In this document: positions 62,869 to 64,000 of the stretch, in pieces
How the letters are laid out: each line of letters begins with the position of its first letter
Position numbering within the stretch: the first letter of the stretch is position 1
NCBI RefSeq assembly: GCF_902713615.1
Contig: NC_052158.1
Span: 12,830,546 to 12,894,545 of the forward strand
Length of the DNA: 64,000 nt
Reading direction: 5' to 3'
Origin: Scyliorhinus canicula
Taxonomy: Eukaryota
Made by a program: the position numbers and the translations under genes
The notes under the pieces: model-generated
Told to the model about the DNA's origin: nothing
The model's database searches: none
What the model saw: the letters and a program-made list of their open reading frames with translations, nothing else

Positions 62869-63018
62869 AGCTTGGCGGAGAAGTTGGCGAGCTTGCCCAT
62901 TGGACGGGCAGTTGGTGATGCTGCTGGGGGAACGGCAGAGCAGGCCGCACAGCCTCAAGACGAGAACCAGGATGTTCACCGAGCCAGAAAGTCCATCCTG
63001 AAAGGCCCCTTCAGTCAG
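62869..63018 (+). CDS. EHMT2: EHMT2 extra exon B (duplicate of the exon 4 3' half; third ARKS)
   Basis: Acceptor CTCCACACAG, donor CAG|GTAAAG, 150 nt, phase 0-0; SLAEKLASLPIGRA...QDENQDVHRARKSILKGPFSQ. Confidence 0.82.
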
Positions 63019-63329
63019 GTAAAGAGAGAAAAGCCCTCACTTAGCTTTTGCAAATTGATGGCCAAATCGGAAAAATATTAAAATGCTGGGGTGATTACGG
63101 TCTCCATTATAATTGTGTAAATAAGGGACTTCAAACTTTACGGCAGAGGTAGACAGATTCTTCACTAACAAAGCAGTCAAGGGATACGGGGAGGAGGGGG
63201 GACGGATGGCGTAGGTAAGATTGTGTTGAGGCCACAATCAGTTCAGCTGTTATTGAACTTTGGGGAAGGTTCCTGTTTCTAATTTGGATGTTCATTTGCA
63301 CACAAGAGGCTGATTGGAAGATTTAATAC

Positions 63330-64000
63330 CCTCCTCGCTCTGCCCCTCCCCTCCTCGCTCTGCCCCTGCCCCCCTCGCTCTGCCCCTGCCCCCTCGCTCT
63401 GCCCCTCCCCACCTGCTCTGCCCCTCCCCCCTCGCTCTGCCCCTCCCCTCCTCCCTCGCTCTGCCCCTCCTCCCTCGCTCTGCCCCTCCCCTCTTCGCTC
63501 TGCCCATCCCCACTCGCTCTGCCCCTTGCCCCTCCCCCTCGCTCTGCCCTCCCCCTCGCTCTGCCCCCCCCTCGCTCTGCCCCCCCCTCGCTCTGCCCCT
63601 CCCCCTCGCTCTGCCCCTCCCCCTCGCTCTGCCCCTCCCCCTCGCTCTGCCCCTCCCCCTCGCTCTGGCCCCCCCCCCTCGCTCTGCCCCTCCCCCTCGC
63701 TCTGCCCCTCCCCTCGCTCTCTGCCCCTCCCCTCGCTCTGCCCCTCCCCTCGCTCTGCCCCTCCCCCTCGCTCTGCCCCTCCCCCTCGCGCTGCCCCTCC
63801 CCCTCGCTCGCCCCCCCTCGCTCTCCCCCTCCCCCTCGCTCTGCCCCTCCCCCTCGCTCTGCCCCTCCCCCTCGCTCTGCCCTCCCCCTCGCTCTGCCCC
63901 TCCCCCTACTCGCTCTGCCCCTCCCCCTCGCTCTGCTGCCCCTCCCCCTCGCTCTGGGCCCCTCCCCCTCGCATCTGCCCCTCCCCCTCGCATCTGCCCC
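63330..64000. repeat. ~18-bp C-rich tandem repeat, runs off the right edge
   Basis: Unit CCTCGCTCTGCCCCTCCC(CC). Confidence 0.95.

Noticed and set aside
63292-63993. RG-rich 233-aa ORF
   Set aside because: Simple-repeat translation.

Overview
Repeat-rich vertebrate genomic DNA. The SINE and LINE families point to a cartilaginous fish (shark); that assignment is inference. Three genes can be supported. Two are tandem, single-coding-exon ZBTB12-like genes (BTB + 4 C2H2 fingers) on the minus strand at 12076-13314 and 32567-33691. The third, divergently oriented on the plus strand, is the 5' part of EHMT2/G9a: six coding exons from 44809 to 63018 splice into one open 333-codon frame, and the gene continues beyond the window. 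ZBTB12 next to EHMT2 is the gene pair of the mammalian MHC class III region. The most unusual observation is that the N-terminal histone-H3K9-mimic automethylation motif of G9a occurs three times (HKARKS, HRARKS, HRARKS). The 3' half of exon 4 was duplicated twice as phase 0-0 exons whose splice acceptors appear to be a recycled internal Gln (CAG) codon. The rest of the window is an ~11-kb 29-bp satellite, several minisatellites, tRNA-derived SINEs, DeuSINE-like elements, L1/CR1/RTE/Rex-Babar fragments, two solo LTRs, a hAT MITE and Penelope-like hairpins. Gene and repeat family identities come from recalled sequences, not database searches.
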